64,000 bases of DNA from a virus. The position numbers were made by a program, and so were the translations under genes. The notes beneath the pieces are model-generated. The model searched no databases and was not told where the DNA came from. It saw nothing but the letters and a program-made list of their open reading frames with translations. The stretch lies in IMG/VR virus record IMGVR_UViG_3300045988_023906. One strand, written 5' to 3'. This document shows, piece by piece, positions 45,507 to 55,089 of this stretch; within the stretch, counting starts at the first letter, position 1, and the number at the start of each line of letters is the position of its first letter.

Positions 45507-48500
45507 TTAACAAACTTTTTCTCCTGTATTATCAGTTAAACCACTATTTTGAATCTCATTCCTTATTGCATTGACAGTGTCTGATAGGTCTACATCTGAC
45601 TGACTATTAAGATACTCTTTTATAGATTCCACTTGTTCAGCCATGAATTCTCCATTCTTGATGCCATAATCAATTATCTGATTGATAGCTTCTTCTCTAT
45701 TGAAAGAGTTAGGAGTATTTTCAGGAATAAATTCCTGAGAGCTATTACCTTCCATATTGTTATCATATTGCTCATTGTCTGTCAATCTAGATTCTGAGTC
45801 AGATACATATTGAAGGGATTTATTAGTGGTACCTAATTGAGATACCTTATAATAGGTTATAGACCCATCATAACTTACATTGAACTTATCATTGCTACTA
45901 TCACATATATATGTTATACCATTTACTACTATACATGGTCTGAATGCCACACAGTTCTTTGGTAATGTACTATCCTTAATAGTATAGTTCTTAGCATCAT
46001 CACCAAGTTTATTGACATCTAGAGTAAAGTTAGAAACAGCTTCACCATTCTTATAAACTAATGTTTTAAGATATTTAAGATTGCTTCCTTTTGCTGTAAA
46101 TACCAGTCTCCTGTTATCAAGATGATTCAATATATACTGTTTAGCAAACTTCTCACTATTAGCAGTAACAGTACCTTCCTTAACATCATTAAGGAAGTCT
46201 ACATAACTCCTTTCAACCCATGCACCATTTCCATCATTAGCACTAGAATCCCACTTTCTTCCTACTTTGATAGCAAGCTTCAATTCAGTAGGAGCAAGGT
46301 TCATAAAAGCTAAAGGACTGAATGTAAATCCTAGCTTATAGAAATTGTACATGAACAAGTCTCTAGCTAAGTCAGGCTCTGTTTTAAGTAACTCTGCCCA
46401 ACTTTCTTTCAACTCATCTTTCTGATAAGGAGCAAGTCCACCTATTCCCTGTACATTCATACTTATATCACCAGTCTTTTCATTGGTAACAAACTGCATA
46501 TACTGGAATAAAGGGAGAGACTTCAAATCAGGATTACTTTCAAGAGTATTGAATACTTCTTTAGCAAAGTGTTTAGTATAATATTCTCTGGCTGGAATAC
46601 CATCTTTAGTAGGCATCTCACCATTAAATAAACTATCCTCTTGCTGAGAAAGCATATAAACAAGCATATCACTATGGATACTATTGATTGTATCAGCATC
46701 TAAGAAATTACTCTTAGTAAGTTCTGCTAATCTATTTCTAGCTCCACTATATGAAGGAGTATTATATGGATAGTAACTGTTAAGTAACATACCAGCTCTC
46801 CTGTTCATATCATACATAGCCTGTTCATAAGCCAAAGGATTCTCAATAAGACTTTTAAGATATTCCTGATTACTTCCTTGCAAGTTGGTGTTATTGGTTA
46901 TAGGAGAATCTATAATATCTGTAACTTTCATATTTACAGACAAAGCATTCTTACCATTCTTAACAACAAACTTATCAATATAATTCTTGACTTTCATCTG
47001 TTGAGAATATAAATCACCAAAAGTAGAACCAACTGCATTAGAAGCTGTAAACTTAGATGAAGTAACAAACTGGGAAATATCACCTGCTACTGTCTGAATC
47101 TGAGAGAATAATTCTGCTACTTTCAATTGGTCAGCCTTGAATGACTGATTATCCATAGCATTCTTACCTTGCTCTCTCATAACTCTATCATTGACAATAT
47201 TCAATGCAAGTTTGTTGATAGAGAAGTCTTCATCAGGGTTAGCTTTAGGACTTTCTGTATCATCTCCCATATAGTTCTTAACTACTTCTCTCATTGCCAT
47301 ATCAGCAGTAACACCATTATTAAAGCTATACTCACATATCTCTTTAATTATAGGTTGGTTAAATAACAAACCAATCTCTTGGGTTGTATAACCTATTCTA
47401 GCTAATACAGCACCAGCATCAGCAGTTATAGTATTCAAGTTCAAGAAATTCAATACAGGGTCTTTTACAGCATCTACAGAAGCTGCCAAGAACTCTGCAA
47501 CATTCAAATCAACATCAATACCTTTAGGAGCATGTAACAAATCATTATAACTATGACCAGCAAATCTAATAGGGTCCTTCAGAGTGAACTCACTCATTAA
47601 AGAGGAGAAAGCATGATTAGTATTCTGATTAGCAAATATACCAATCAACTTTCCAGCTACTTGATTCTGCTGATTATAAGTAATGATAGTCATTGGGTCT
47701 GAAGGGTCATAGTTAGGTTCTGGGTCTGACTTACTATCTTTAGCTCTTTCAGCTATAGCATTGAAGTCTACAGTTCCTCTACTTACAATACCTTCAAGAT
47801 TACCAAATAACAACTCTCTTAAAGTTCTGGCAGCCTTAGAAGCATTAGCAAATCCACCTGGAGTATATCTCTGCTCAAAGGTTTCATAGTCCATAAGTCT
47901 TTCTTGAATTAACTTTATAAGCATGTTATTTCTAGCAGCTCTAGTATTATCAAGTGAAGACTTACTGAAGTCATAACTCTCAAAAGAGATATAACCTCTA
48001 TCAGCAATAAACTGTGCAAAAGCTTCTTTATAACTGTAAGGCAGTCCTACTTTATCCCAATACTTGTAAAGTCTGTTAAGAGATTCAGTATCTTCTTCTC
48101 TAGCTTCCTTCAAGACATCTTTTATGTTGGGATATGTTTCATAGAATTCCTTCCATATTTCAGCTACTTCAGAAGATGATAATTCTCTCTGTCTATACTC
48201 ATTTCTCATGAAGTACAGCTTATCAATATCAAAGTCAAATCCTGCAATAGTAGTACCTTGTGCTGGAACTTTGATAGTACCTCCTGCTGTTTTCTGACTG
48301 AATCTTTTCACTCTAAGATTAATCATAGAGTAATCTCTTTCAGTAGGAATTCTATAAGCAAGGATACTTAAAGCATTAGGGAATTTCTTTTCAAGTAATG
48401 TGTTACCATCCTTATCAGTCTTGAGAGTACCATCTTCATTACAGTAATCACTGAACTCCAATGCTACTTCCTTACCATTAATATCAGTATAACTAATATC

Positions 48501-51500
48501 CCAAGGAATTTCACACTCTGCATATAAGATGTTATTAGGATTATTAGGGTCTACAACATAGTGTAAATCACCAGACTCTTCATATCCCTTAATACCCATT
48601 GCAGATACCTGAACAGCACTACCTCCTTTAATAGACTGCTTATTAACTCTCTTCTTGAATATACTGAATAGCATTGCAGAAGAATCATGTTCCAATGCTC
48701 CTTCAAACAAAGGTACCAAGAACTTGTCATCTCCTGTCAAAGAATATGCCAACATATTATCCATAGATTCCCTGCTATTATTGATAGTAGTCTGAAGAAG
48801 TTTATCACTTAACTTCTTTATATCAGATACTTCATTAGCAAATAAATCATAGGACTTAAGTATATTAGCTACAATAAGAGAGTTATAGAATGAAACTAGG
48901 TTTCTACCATTCAATCTTACCTCACCATATTTACCTCCAAGATTTACTTTCTTTCCACCAACATAATTCTCATAGTGATAGTCATCCATTTTAATGTTAG
49001 CCATAATAAGCTTTCTTACCTGAGTACCAAATAACTGAGAGCTATTAATATGCTCAGGTACATTAGTCTGAATTCTATAATCACCATAACTTAATTGATG
49101 GATATAAGCCTTGTCAAGTGCATTACTTAACTCTTGAGCATTAGAAGCTTTAGATATATCAGTAGAACCAAATCCACCAACCTTAACAATCTCAGTAGAA
49201 CCTACCAAATCTACGCCCTTAGACTCCATCCAATAGGCCATATCCCTTAACTTACTACCAGCAGGTAATAACTCTGGGATAAGTACTGCTTCAGCATACT
49301 TATGCTGAACTGGAATTTTTAACTTATCAGTACTATTTACTGCCAAGTTTTCTATAGTGTACATATAAGGTTTAATAGGTTGAAATACTACAGACATATT
49401 AGCAACTTCAGTAAGTTTGTCAGAAGGAATCTGAGCATCTTTACCATATTCAGCTCTGAGCTGTTTAATAGTATTATACACATTTTCCATTTCCTGTGTC
49501 CACTTACCAGCCATACCCATTACTTTTCTGTAGCTTTCAAGGGTTCTATATCCCTGACCATCAGTAAGAGTATTCTTAGTATAAGCTTTATATACTGGAG
49601 AGTTCTTGCCGAACTTAGCTTCAATAGCTTTCATGAATTCAGGATTAGACACTTCTGCATTTAAATTAATGTCATCAAAATAAACACATCTTTCTATTCC
49701 ATCCTCACTATAAAGATTGCCATCAAAGTCTCTAGCTTCAAGGCTTAATACACTGCCTGGGGCATGTATTTCCTTATATCTCTTCTGTAAGTCTTTAGTT
49801 CCCTTATAGAATGCCGGGTCAATAGTGAACAATTGAAGCTGCTGTATAGTAGCAAACTTTGTATTCCAATAGTAGTCTGCTATTACCTCATCTATAGACT
49901 TATTACCATTTACTTCTTGACTGAAATATACATATTGTACCTCCTTTTTGTTTGTCTTAGGATTATATACTTCTTTAGTTTCAAGAAGACCTAAGTTATT
50001 AAGGCTTGTTTTGAAGCTATTTACAGCCTCCTCCATATAGGCTTGAATAGCCTTTACAACTTCCTGCTTTGAAGGATTTTCCCCTATCATAGCTGCATAC
50101 TTGCCTACAGTACCATCAGGAGATTTGTAATCCTTGTTGAGGAAAGGAAGAGCTGTATATTCATTCTCTTTACTTGAGAAGTTTTCAATAAGTGAATACC
50201 CACCTTCTTTTAACTTAGTATTAGCTGCTGATGTGAGAGCCATTCTTCTTCTCTCTTGTCTATATACATCATACAGACCATCAAGTATCTCCTGAGTAGA
50301 ATATCTTTTAGCTTTAATAAACTTAGATACTCCACTATCTCCTAAGATAAATACAGGATAATAAGCATATTGACTATTAGCACTTAGCTGTCTTTCAGAG
50401 AAATATTCTGCCATCATGTCAATAGTATGTTGTTTACTAGTAAAGTTCTCAAAGCTATTATCAGAAGTTCCTAAGAATCTCTTAAATCCAAAGTTGGCAG
50501 CAAAATCTTTCTCATCTAAGCCACTCTCATAAAGGTCTCTCAACCACCTATTGAATATAGTACCATTATCCTTATCCATGAAGAAAGAAGAGTCCAAGAA
50601 CTCATTTTCAATCATTCTCCTAAGACCTTGCCTGTCATTGTTAGACACAAAACTGGCAATTCTATCCATCCTGTCTCCAAGATATGAAGGAATGACATTA
50701 CTGAACAAAGTAACATTATTACCATTCTTATCTTTATGCCTTACTCTAGACTCAAGTCTAAGACCTTCTCTGTTCTTAGTTACAATAGATAACATCTTGT
50801 CAATCTTCTCTCTTATAACTCCCTGCTTTGCTGTAGAGCCTGCTGGAGAAAATCTTATAAAGTCTTTGAAAGACCTATTAGACAAAGAGTACTCACCTTT
50901 ATCAAGTGATTCAAGCTCCTTCTTATTAAGAATCTTGTCAGTACCAAACTCTACTAACTCACTGATAGCATCAGTAAACTTATGAAGGTCTCTACCACTA
51001 GACATAATCTTATCCAATGTTCCACCATCAATGTCTATACCCAAAGCTTCAGTAATCTTAATGAGAACTCTTTTCTTTTCTTGCCAAGAAGTTTCTTTAT
51101 TGTTATAGAACTTTGGTGTAATGCTTACAGACTTACTTGGAAAATATTCCTTAACCAACTCTCTTAGACTCTGTAAGTTTTTCCAATTGATACTACCATC
51201 CTTGTTAAATACAGAGGTATTTGGATTAACCTGTTTACCCAAAGTGATACTAGTAAGGTATTGACCAGAGAGACTATTATTAACTCTATTCAATATAAGA
51301 GTCTTGAAAGTTCTTAACCCATTCTTTACCTCTTCAAGAAGGATAGAGTAAGGTTGAAAGTTCTTCTTAAAATCTACATAGAACTGTGTCCTAAGCTGGT
51401 CATTATTTTCAAGCTCTTCTATAACAGGCTGTAACCAAGTCTGACTGTTAGAGGCATTTCTAAGCAAACCTATCATTTGTCTTTCAGATGTAACACCTCT

Positions 51501-52349
51501 TAATATTTCAATCAAAGACTGGTGTGCTTTAACAGGGTCAAGCATTATAGGAAAACCTAAGTCATCATATACTTCTTCTCCATTTTCAACTCTCTGAATA
51601 GAACCTAAAAGTTTTCTTACTTGTTTTCCTACAGAACCAAATGCAGAGTGCATATCAGAGGTCTCTTGCCATGCTTCTCTTTTAGACTCTGAAGCATCAT
51701 ATAATTCAGATAACTTATTATCATTGTAGTTATCTGGATTTGTATCATCTGCATACTCTATCTTGTCACCAAGTCTGAGTTCCTCTGTATCTCTCAATCT
51801 CATTCTAGCATGAGAGACTAGTGCTCCCCAGTTTTCAAGAACCTTCTTATAACTATTGGCTGTATCCATATCACCTTCTTCAACAGCCTCTGAATAGTAT
51901 TCAAGCAAGTCATTATAAACACCTTCAAATACTGAGAATTGACCTGCCACTAGTTTACCATTTGAAACAAATCCATTACATATAACTTTCCTACTTAGGA
52001 AAGGATTAGCTTCTTGTAAGGCATCAAGTCTGTCAGAAAACATAGTAGAAATCATATTGATTCTATTAAATCTCTCTTCAGCACTAAAAGACTCCTTCAA
52101 CTTCTGATAAGACTCAGATAAATTAGAACTAGTAGTCTTGATAGACTCTGCATTCATTTTTCCTAAGTCTCTTCTATATGAGATCAAGTCCTGTACAGCC
52201 TTATCAAGGTCTGATGTATCAAGTGGAGATGAGTGTGATTCATCATACATTCCTCTTAATGTAGCTACTCTATACTCATTCCAACCCTGAATTTTACTAG
52301 CAATTACGTCATCAATTCCCTTAATAGGATTATAACATTTTGTACTCAT
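45507..52349 (-). CDS. crAss-type virion RNA polymerase (2280 aa, double-psi beta-barrel type)
   Basis: GTTIAGFDFDIDKLYF contains the DxDxD metal-binding motif (codons at 48222-48236). The size matches the single-subunit giant RNAPs of crAss-like phages. Confidence 0.7.
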   Translation of the reverse strand: MSTKCYNPIKGIDDVIASKIQGWNEYRVATLRGMYDESHSSPLDTSDLDKAVQDLISYRRDLGKMNAESIKTTSSNLSESYQKLKESFSAEERFNRINMISTMFSDRLDALQEANPFLSRKVICNGFVSNGKLVAGQFSVFEGVYNDLLEYYSEAVEEGDMDTANSYKKVLENWGALVSHARMRLRDTEELRLGDKIEYADDTNPDNYNDNKLSELYDASESKREAWQETSDMHSAFGSVGKQVRKLLGSIQRVENGEEVYDDLGFPIMLDPVKAHQSLIEILRGVTSERQMIGLLRNASNSQTWLQPVIEELENNDQLRTQFYVDFKKNFQPYSILLEEVKNGLRTFKTLILNRVNNSLSGQYLTSITLGKQVNPNTSVFNKDGSINWKNLQSLRELVKEYFPSKSVSITPKFYNNKETSWQEKKRVLIKITEALGIDIDGGTLDKIMSSGRDLHKFTDAISELVEFGTDKILNKKELESLDKGEYSLSNRSFKDFIRFSPAGSTAKQGVIREKIDKMLSIVTKNREGLRLESRVRHKDKNGNNVTLFSNVIPSYLGDRMDRIASFVSNNDRQGLRRMIENEFLDSSFFMDKDNGTIFNRWLRDLYESGLDEKDFAANFGFKRFLGTSDNSFENFTSKQHTIDMMAEYFSERQLSANSQYAYYPVFILGDSGVSKFIKAKRYSTQEILDGLYDVYRQERRRMALTSAANTKLKEGGYSLIENFSSKENEYTALPFLNKDYKSPDGTVGKYAAMIGENPSKQEVVKAIQAYMEEAVNSFKTSLNNLGLLETKEVYNPKTNKKEVQYVYFSQEVNGNKSIDEVIADYYWNTKFATIQQLQLFTIDPAFYKGTKDLQKRYKEIHAPGSVLSLEARDFDGNLYSEDGIERCVYFDDINLNAEVSNPEFMKAIEAKFGKNSPVYKAYTKNTLTDGQGYRTLESYRKVMGMAGKWTQEMENVYNTIKQLRAEYGKDAQIPSDKLTEVANMSVVFQPIKPYMYTIENLAVNSTDKLKIPVQHKYAEAVLIPELLPAGSKLRDMAYWMESKGVDLVGSTEIVKVGGFGSTDISKASNAQELSNALDKAYIHQLSYGDYRIQTNVPEHINSSQLFGTQVRKLIMANIKMDDYHYENYVGGKKVNLGGKYGEVRLNGRNLVSFYNSLIVANILKSYDLFANEVSDIKKLSDKLLQTTINNSRESMDNMLAYSLTGDDKFLVPLFEGALEHDSSAMLFSIFKKRVNKQSIKGGSAVQVSAMGIKGYEESGDLHYVVDPNNPNNILYAECEIPWDISYTDINGKEVALEFSDYCNEDGTLKTDKDGNTLLEKKFPNALSILAYRIPTERDYSMINLRVKRFSQKTAGGTIKVPAQGTTIAGFDFDIDKLYFMRNEYRQRELSSSEVAEIWKEFYETYPNIKDVLKEAREEDTESLNRLYKYWDKVGLPYSYKEAFAQFIADRGYISFESYDFSKSSLDNTRAARNNMLIKLIQERLMDYETFEQRYTPGGFANASKAARTLRELLFGNLEGIVSRGTVDFNAIAERAKDSKSDPEPNYDPSDPMTIITYNQQNQVAGKLIGIFANQNTNHAFSSLMSEFTLKDPIRFAGHSYNDLLHAPKGIDVDLNVAEFLAASVDAVKDPVLNFLNLNTITADAGAVLARIGYTTQEIGLLFNQPIIKEICEYSFNNGVTADMAMREVVKNYMGDDTESPKANPDEDFSINKLALNIVNDRVMREQGKNAMDNQSFKADQLKVAELFSQIQTVAGDISQFVTSSKFTASNAVGSTFGDLYSQQMKVKNYIDKFVVKNGKNALSVNMKVTDIIDSPITNNTNLQGSNQEYLKSLIENPLAYEQAMYDMNRRAGMLLNSYYPYNTPSYSGARNRLAELTKSNFLDADTINSIHSDMLVYMLSQQEDSLFNGEMPTKDGIPAREYYTKHFAKEVFNTLESNPDLKSLPLFQYMQFVTNEKTGDISMNVQGIGGLAPYQKDELKESWAELLKTEPDLARDLFMYNFYKLGFTFSPLAFMNLAPTELKLAIKVGRKWDSSANDGNGAWVERSYVDFLNDVKEGTVTANSEKFAKQYILNHLDNRRLVFTAKGSNLKYLKTLVYKNGEAVSNFTLDVNKLGDDAKNYTIKDSTLPKNCVAFRPCIVVNGITYICDSSNDKFNVSYDGSITYYKVSQLGTTNKSLQYVSDSESRLTDNEQYDNNMEGNSSQEFIPENTPNSFNREEAINQIIDYGIKNGEFMAEQVESIKEYLNSQSDVDLSDTVNAIRNEIQNSGLTDNTGEKVC

Positions 52350-52372
52350 ATAAATTAATATTAATTTTTATG

Positions 52373-52404
52373 CAAAGGTAAGTAACTTAATTGTAATACA
52401 CAAG
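52373..52404 (-). promoter_or_regulatory. Bacteroides-type promoter (cTTG-N20-TAccTTTG) for the RNAP gene
   Basis: The minus strand reads CTTG, a 20-nt spacer, then TACCTTTG (52380-52373), within TTACTTACCTTTGCA. The ATG is at 52349. Confidence 0.7.
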
Positions 52405-52422
52405 CTTTTATTCAAAAAGCTA

Positions 52423-52455
52423 AAGGGAGAACAAGTATTTAACTTATTCTCCCTT
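52423..52455 (-). terminator. Rho-independent terminator (minus strand) after the 52462 gene
   Basis: 14-bp stem with one mismatch, AAGGGAGAACAAGT/ACTTATTCTCCCTT. On the minus strand it is followed by TAGCTTTTT. Confidence 0.7.
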
Positions 52456-52461
52456 ATAAGA

Positions 52462-52956
52462 TTACTCAACAATGTACTTGACACCATTGAATATGAGCCA
52501 TTTGATTGTTAAGATATTGACTGGTCTAATACCTGACTCTTTATCAGTCTTAGTAATGTCCATATCTACACAATCATATCTGCCATCTCTTGATTCAAAT
52601 TGAATCTTATAGCCTCTAAGAACTCTATCTTCACCTTCTTCATAAGGAAGTACAGGGTTATTAACCAGCTCAGTAATAAGATTCTTTGCTGCATTTGCAA
52701 CACCTTTCTTATTGTTCTTAACTGTGTCAATACTATTTGAGAACTGCTCTACAATAGCATCAATCTCCTCCTGTAACTTTCTCTTACTCTTAGGTTTATC
52801 CTGCTTCTTGAAACATACAGTAAATACCTGACCAGAATGGATGTTCTCCCAAATACTTCTAATACCAAGAGTACCATCCTTCTTATCTTCCTTAGTTACC
52901 TTTACTGTAGTTTCAAACAAGTCAGCAGAATTAGTGTAGTTCTTCAGATAGCTCAT
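52462..52956 (-). CDS. Hypothetical protein (164 aa), SH3-barrel/DUF2693-like C-terminus (tentative)
   Basis: The start is taken at MSYLKNY. The pattern FTVCFKKQDK...RVLRGYKIQFESRDGRYDCVDMD...TIKWLIFNGVKYIV recalls a small phage family (from memory). Confidence 0.4.
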   Translation of the reverse strand: MSYLKNYTNSADLFETTVKVTKEDKKDGTLGIRSIWENIHSGQVFTVCFKKQDKPKSKRKLQEEIDAIVEQFSNSIDTVKNNKKGVANAAKNLITELVNNPVLPYEEGEDRVLRGYKIQFESRDGRYDCVDMDITKTDKESGIRPVNILTIKWLIFNGVKYIVE

Positions 52957-53077
52957 ACCAGTCACCACTCTTAAATTGAGTAAGCCAAGCATTAGAGCCT
53001 GATACTCTGTTCACAATATAGTGAGAACTCTCACTAATAATGGAACCTTGCTTTAACTGATTTATTTGCTCAATCAT
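52934..53077 (-). CDS. 47-aa micro-ORF (MIEQINQLKQGSIISESSHYIVNRV...)
   Basis: Hand-translated. The ATG lies 1 nt after the upstream stop, and the ORF overlaps the next gene by 23 nt. Confidence 0.25.
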
Positions 53078-53078
53078 A

Positions 53079-53318
53079 TCAAATAAGCTTTTCTATATTA
53101 GACATAAATGTTTCAGCCTCCTGCTTAGTAACACCAATAGTTTTGATGTCTTCCTGCAATGCAGCAATTTGAGATTCCTTCTTTGCAATCTCTGACTCCA
53201 TTTCTGCATGGAGATTACTTGCATTCTCATGTGCAGTCTTAAACATAGACTTAATGCTTGCCACTCTTTCACTGAAAGAAGGTGCAGCTACAACTGATTT
53301 CTTCGTACCAAAAGCCAT
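53079..53318 (-). CDS. Small coiled-coil protein (79 aa)
   Basis: The start is moved to MAFGTKK at 53318. The track start would overlap thyX through an A tract. Confidence 0.4.
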   Translation of the reverse strand: MAFGTKKSVVAAPSFSERVASIKSMFKTAHENASNLHAEMESEIAKKESQIAALQEDIKTIGVTKQEAETFMSNIEKLI

Positions 53319-53328
53319 ACTTTTTTTT

Positions 53329-54219
53329 TTAGTTATTAATATACTTTCTTGCAATAAACTCTTTCATTAGAGGTTCTGCTAATTCCTTAGCCTGAGGATG
53401 TGGAGCACCTGTAGTACCTCTTGCTCTTAGGTCAAAGAAGTGATTCCAATCAGATACAAATCCAGTTACAACCAATTCTGTCTTTAAGGAGTTAGGTAAA
53501 ACAGCTCTTGCTTCTTGTGGTTTCCAACCTAAGTCAATCAAGTCAATATAATCCTTTTCAGCATTATTTAGACTGGCAATGAAGATACTTTCAAGAGATT
53601 TATCCCTTATTACAGTATGATAAGGTCCATATAGTTTCAGTCTCTCATCATCCAACCAACAGGGTTGAATAAATGTAAGCTCATTGCCAAATTTATCCTT
53701 GGAATAGTTACAATACCTTGTGCTTTCTTGGGCAAAAGACATTACTCTGTGCCTTACAAACTCATGTGATACGCCTCTATCACATACAAAGTGTACAGTG
53801 ATTCTCTTCTCATGGAACTCTGTAGGTTTACAGATATACTTTAAGTCATCAAGCCAGCCATTCTCTACCAATACTCTGTAGTTAGTAGTAATGCACTTAC
53901 AACTTCCATAAAGTATATCACCATGACAATTATATACCTCTGTTCCTTCTTTAACTACTGAATACTTATTAGACTTATATTTATCAATCAGCTCAGAGTT
54001 TTCAATAACATTGAATACTTTAAGATATACTGTACCATGCTCTAACATAGCACCATGACCAGACTTAATCATTCTATCTACAAATGACTTGGCAGAATCT
54101 TCTGTAATCTTGTCCTCTGACTTATAGCATATTCTGCCTGCTCTCTCTATCTGTTTATATACTCCTTCAAGTCCAGAAGGTTGTTCCCATATCTCAAATG
54201 ATGGTTTAATCAGTTTCAT
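53329..54219 (-). CDS. thyX: Flavin-dependent thymidylate synthase ThyX
   Basis: Signature EFVRHRVMSFAQESTRY (RHR-x7-S), with appropriate length. Confidence 0.85.
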   Translation of the reverse strand: MKLIKPSFEIWEQPSGLEGVYKQIERAGRICYKSEDKITEDSAKSFVDRMIKSGHGAMLEHGTVYLKVFNVIENSELIDKYKSNKYSVVKEGTEVYNCHGDILYGSCKCITTNYRVLVENGWLDDLKYICKPTEFHEKRITVHFVCDRGVSHEFVRHRVMSFAQESTRYCNYSKDKFGNELTFIQPCWLDDERLKLYGPYHTVIRDKSLESIFIASLNNAEKDYIDLIDLGWKPQEARAVLPNSLKTELVVTGFVSDWNHFFDLRARGTTGAPHPQAKELAEPLMKEFIARKYINN

Positions 54220-54240
54220 TGTGCCTAAATATTTTACTTA

Positions 54241-54621
54241 TTAATTCCATAATCCTATCTTCTTTCCTGCTAATTCATCAATAAAACAGAATCTAGTTCC
54301 ATCCTTCAAGGAATGTATATACTTACTGAAGTGTGCAATTAAAGGAGTCTCATTTCTTACCCCAACAACTTGCCCTGTTCTATATACTTCTTCACTAGAA
54401 GATTTCTCTGGGTCTATTCCAATAAAGAACACAACTTTGTCTTTATACTCAGAACACTCCTTACAGGCATGGTCAGAAAATCCTATAGCCTTCCCATCTA
54501 ACTCCTCTACTTCAGAAGCAGCCTCCTTTGTAAGGCGAGTGTTTGTCACAATTACCTCTTCAGCTACTCCTCCGCAGATTGGGCACATGTACTTGACCAA
54601 GGAAACTTTAAAATTATCCAT
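54241..54621 (-). CDS. Zinc-ribbon protein (126 aa)
   Basis: The start is moved to MDNFKV at 54621. Two Cys pairs are present, CPICGG...CKEC. The track start reads through the A20 tract as KKKKKK. Confidence 0.45.
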   Translation of the reverse strand: MDNFKVSLVKYMCPICGGVAEEVIVTNTRLTKEAASEVEELDGKAIGFSDHACKECSEYKDKVVFFIGIDPEKSSSEEVYRTGQVVGVRNETPLIAHFSKYIHSLKDGTRFCFIDELAGKKIGLWN

Positions 54622-54629
54622 TTTCTTTC

Positions 54630-54649
54630 TTTTTTTTTTTTTTTTTTTT
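54630..54649 (-). repeat. Homopolymeric A20 tract (T20 on the plus strand) between the TAA stop (54650-54648) and the ATG at 54621
   Basis: Counted directly. The minus strand reads TAA, then further A's, then GAAAGAAAATG. Confidence 0.95.
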
Positions 54650-54836
54650 AACCGGCAGTCTTTTTCAAGGCCCTTATACCATACTCTCTGACTCCAATTA
54701 GTTTGCATTTATGAAAATTCTCATCGAATAGTTTTTCAGCCTCAGAGATACTGTCGGCCTCTATAAACACTGTATCTTCAAACCCAAGCTTACCAATGTA
54801 GCTTATGAGGTAAAGTTTAATTTCTACAAGTTTCAT
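54648..54836 (-). CDS. Hypothetical protein (62 aa)
   Basis: ORF with an ATGA overlap to the upstream micro-ORF. Confidence 0.4.
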   Translation of the reverse strand: MKLVEIKLYLISYIGKLGFEDTVFIEADSISEAEKLFDENFHKCKLIGVREYGIRALKKTAG

Positions 54837-54940
54837 ATTCCTTCTCTATATTTCTTACATAAGTAGAGTAAGGAAAGGGCATATGCCTTATTGTAATTAC
54901 CCTTGCTTGCCTCTTCCATTATCCTATCCTCAAGATTCAT
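54833..54940 (-). CDS. 35-aa micro-ORF (MNLEDRIMEEASKGNYNKAYALSLLYLCKKYREGI)
   Basis: Hand-translated. It has ATGA overlaps at both ends. Confidence 0.3.
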   Translation of the reverse strand: MNLEDRIMEEASKGNYNKAYALSLLYLCKKYREGI

Positions 54941-55089
54941 GTGCTAAGCATTGCTACTATTCCATTCTGACACCTATTAGCTTCCTCCCATGCTGACTCC
55001 AAGTCCTCAAATACTAATACATCACATGTATCAAGGTCTCTTACAAGTTCAATGCTTCCATTAAAATCCTCTATCACTACTGCTCTCAT
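54937..55089 (-). CDS. 50-aa micro-ORF (MRAVVIEDFNGSIELVRDLDTCDVLVFEDLESAWEEANRCQNGIVAMLST)
   Basis: Hand-translated. It has ATGA overlaps at both ends. Confidence 0.35.
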   Translation of the reverse strand: MRAVVIEDFNGSIELVRDLDTCDVLVFEDLESAWEEANRCQNGIVAMLST

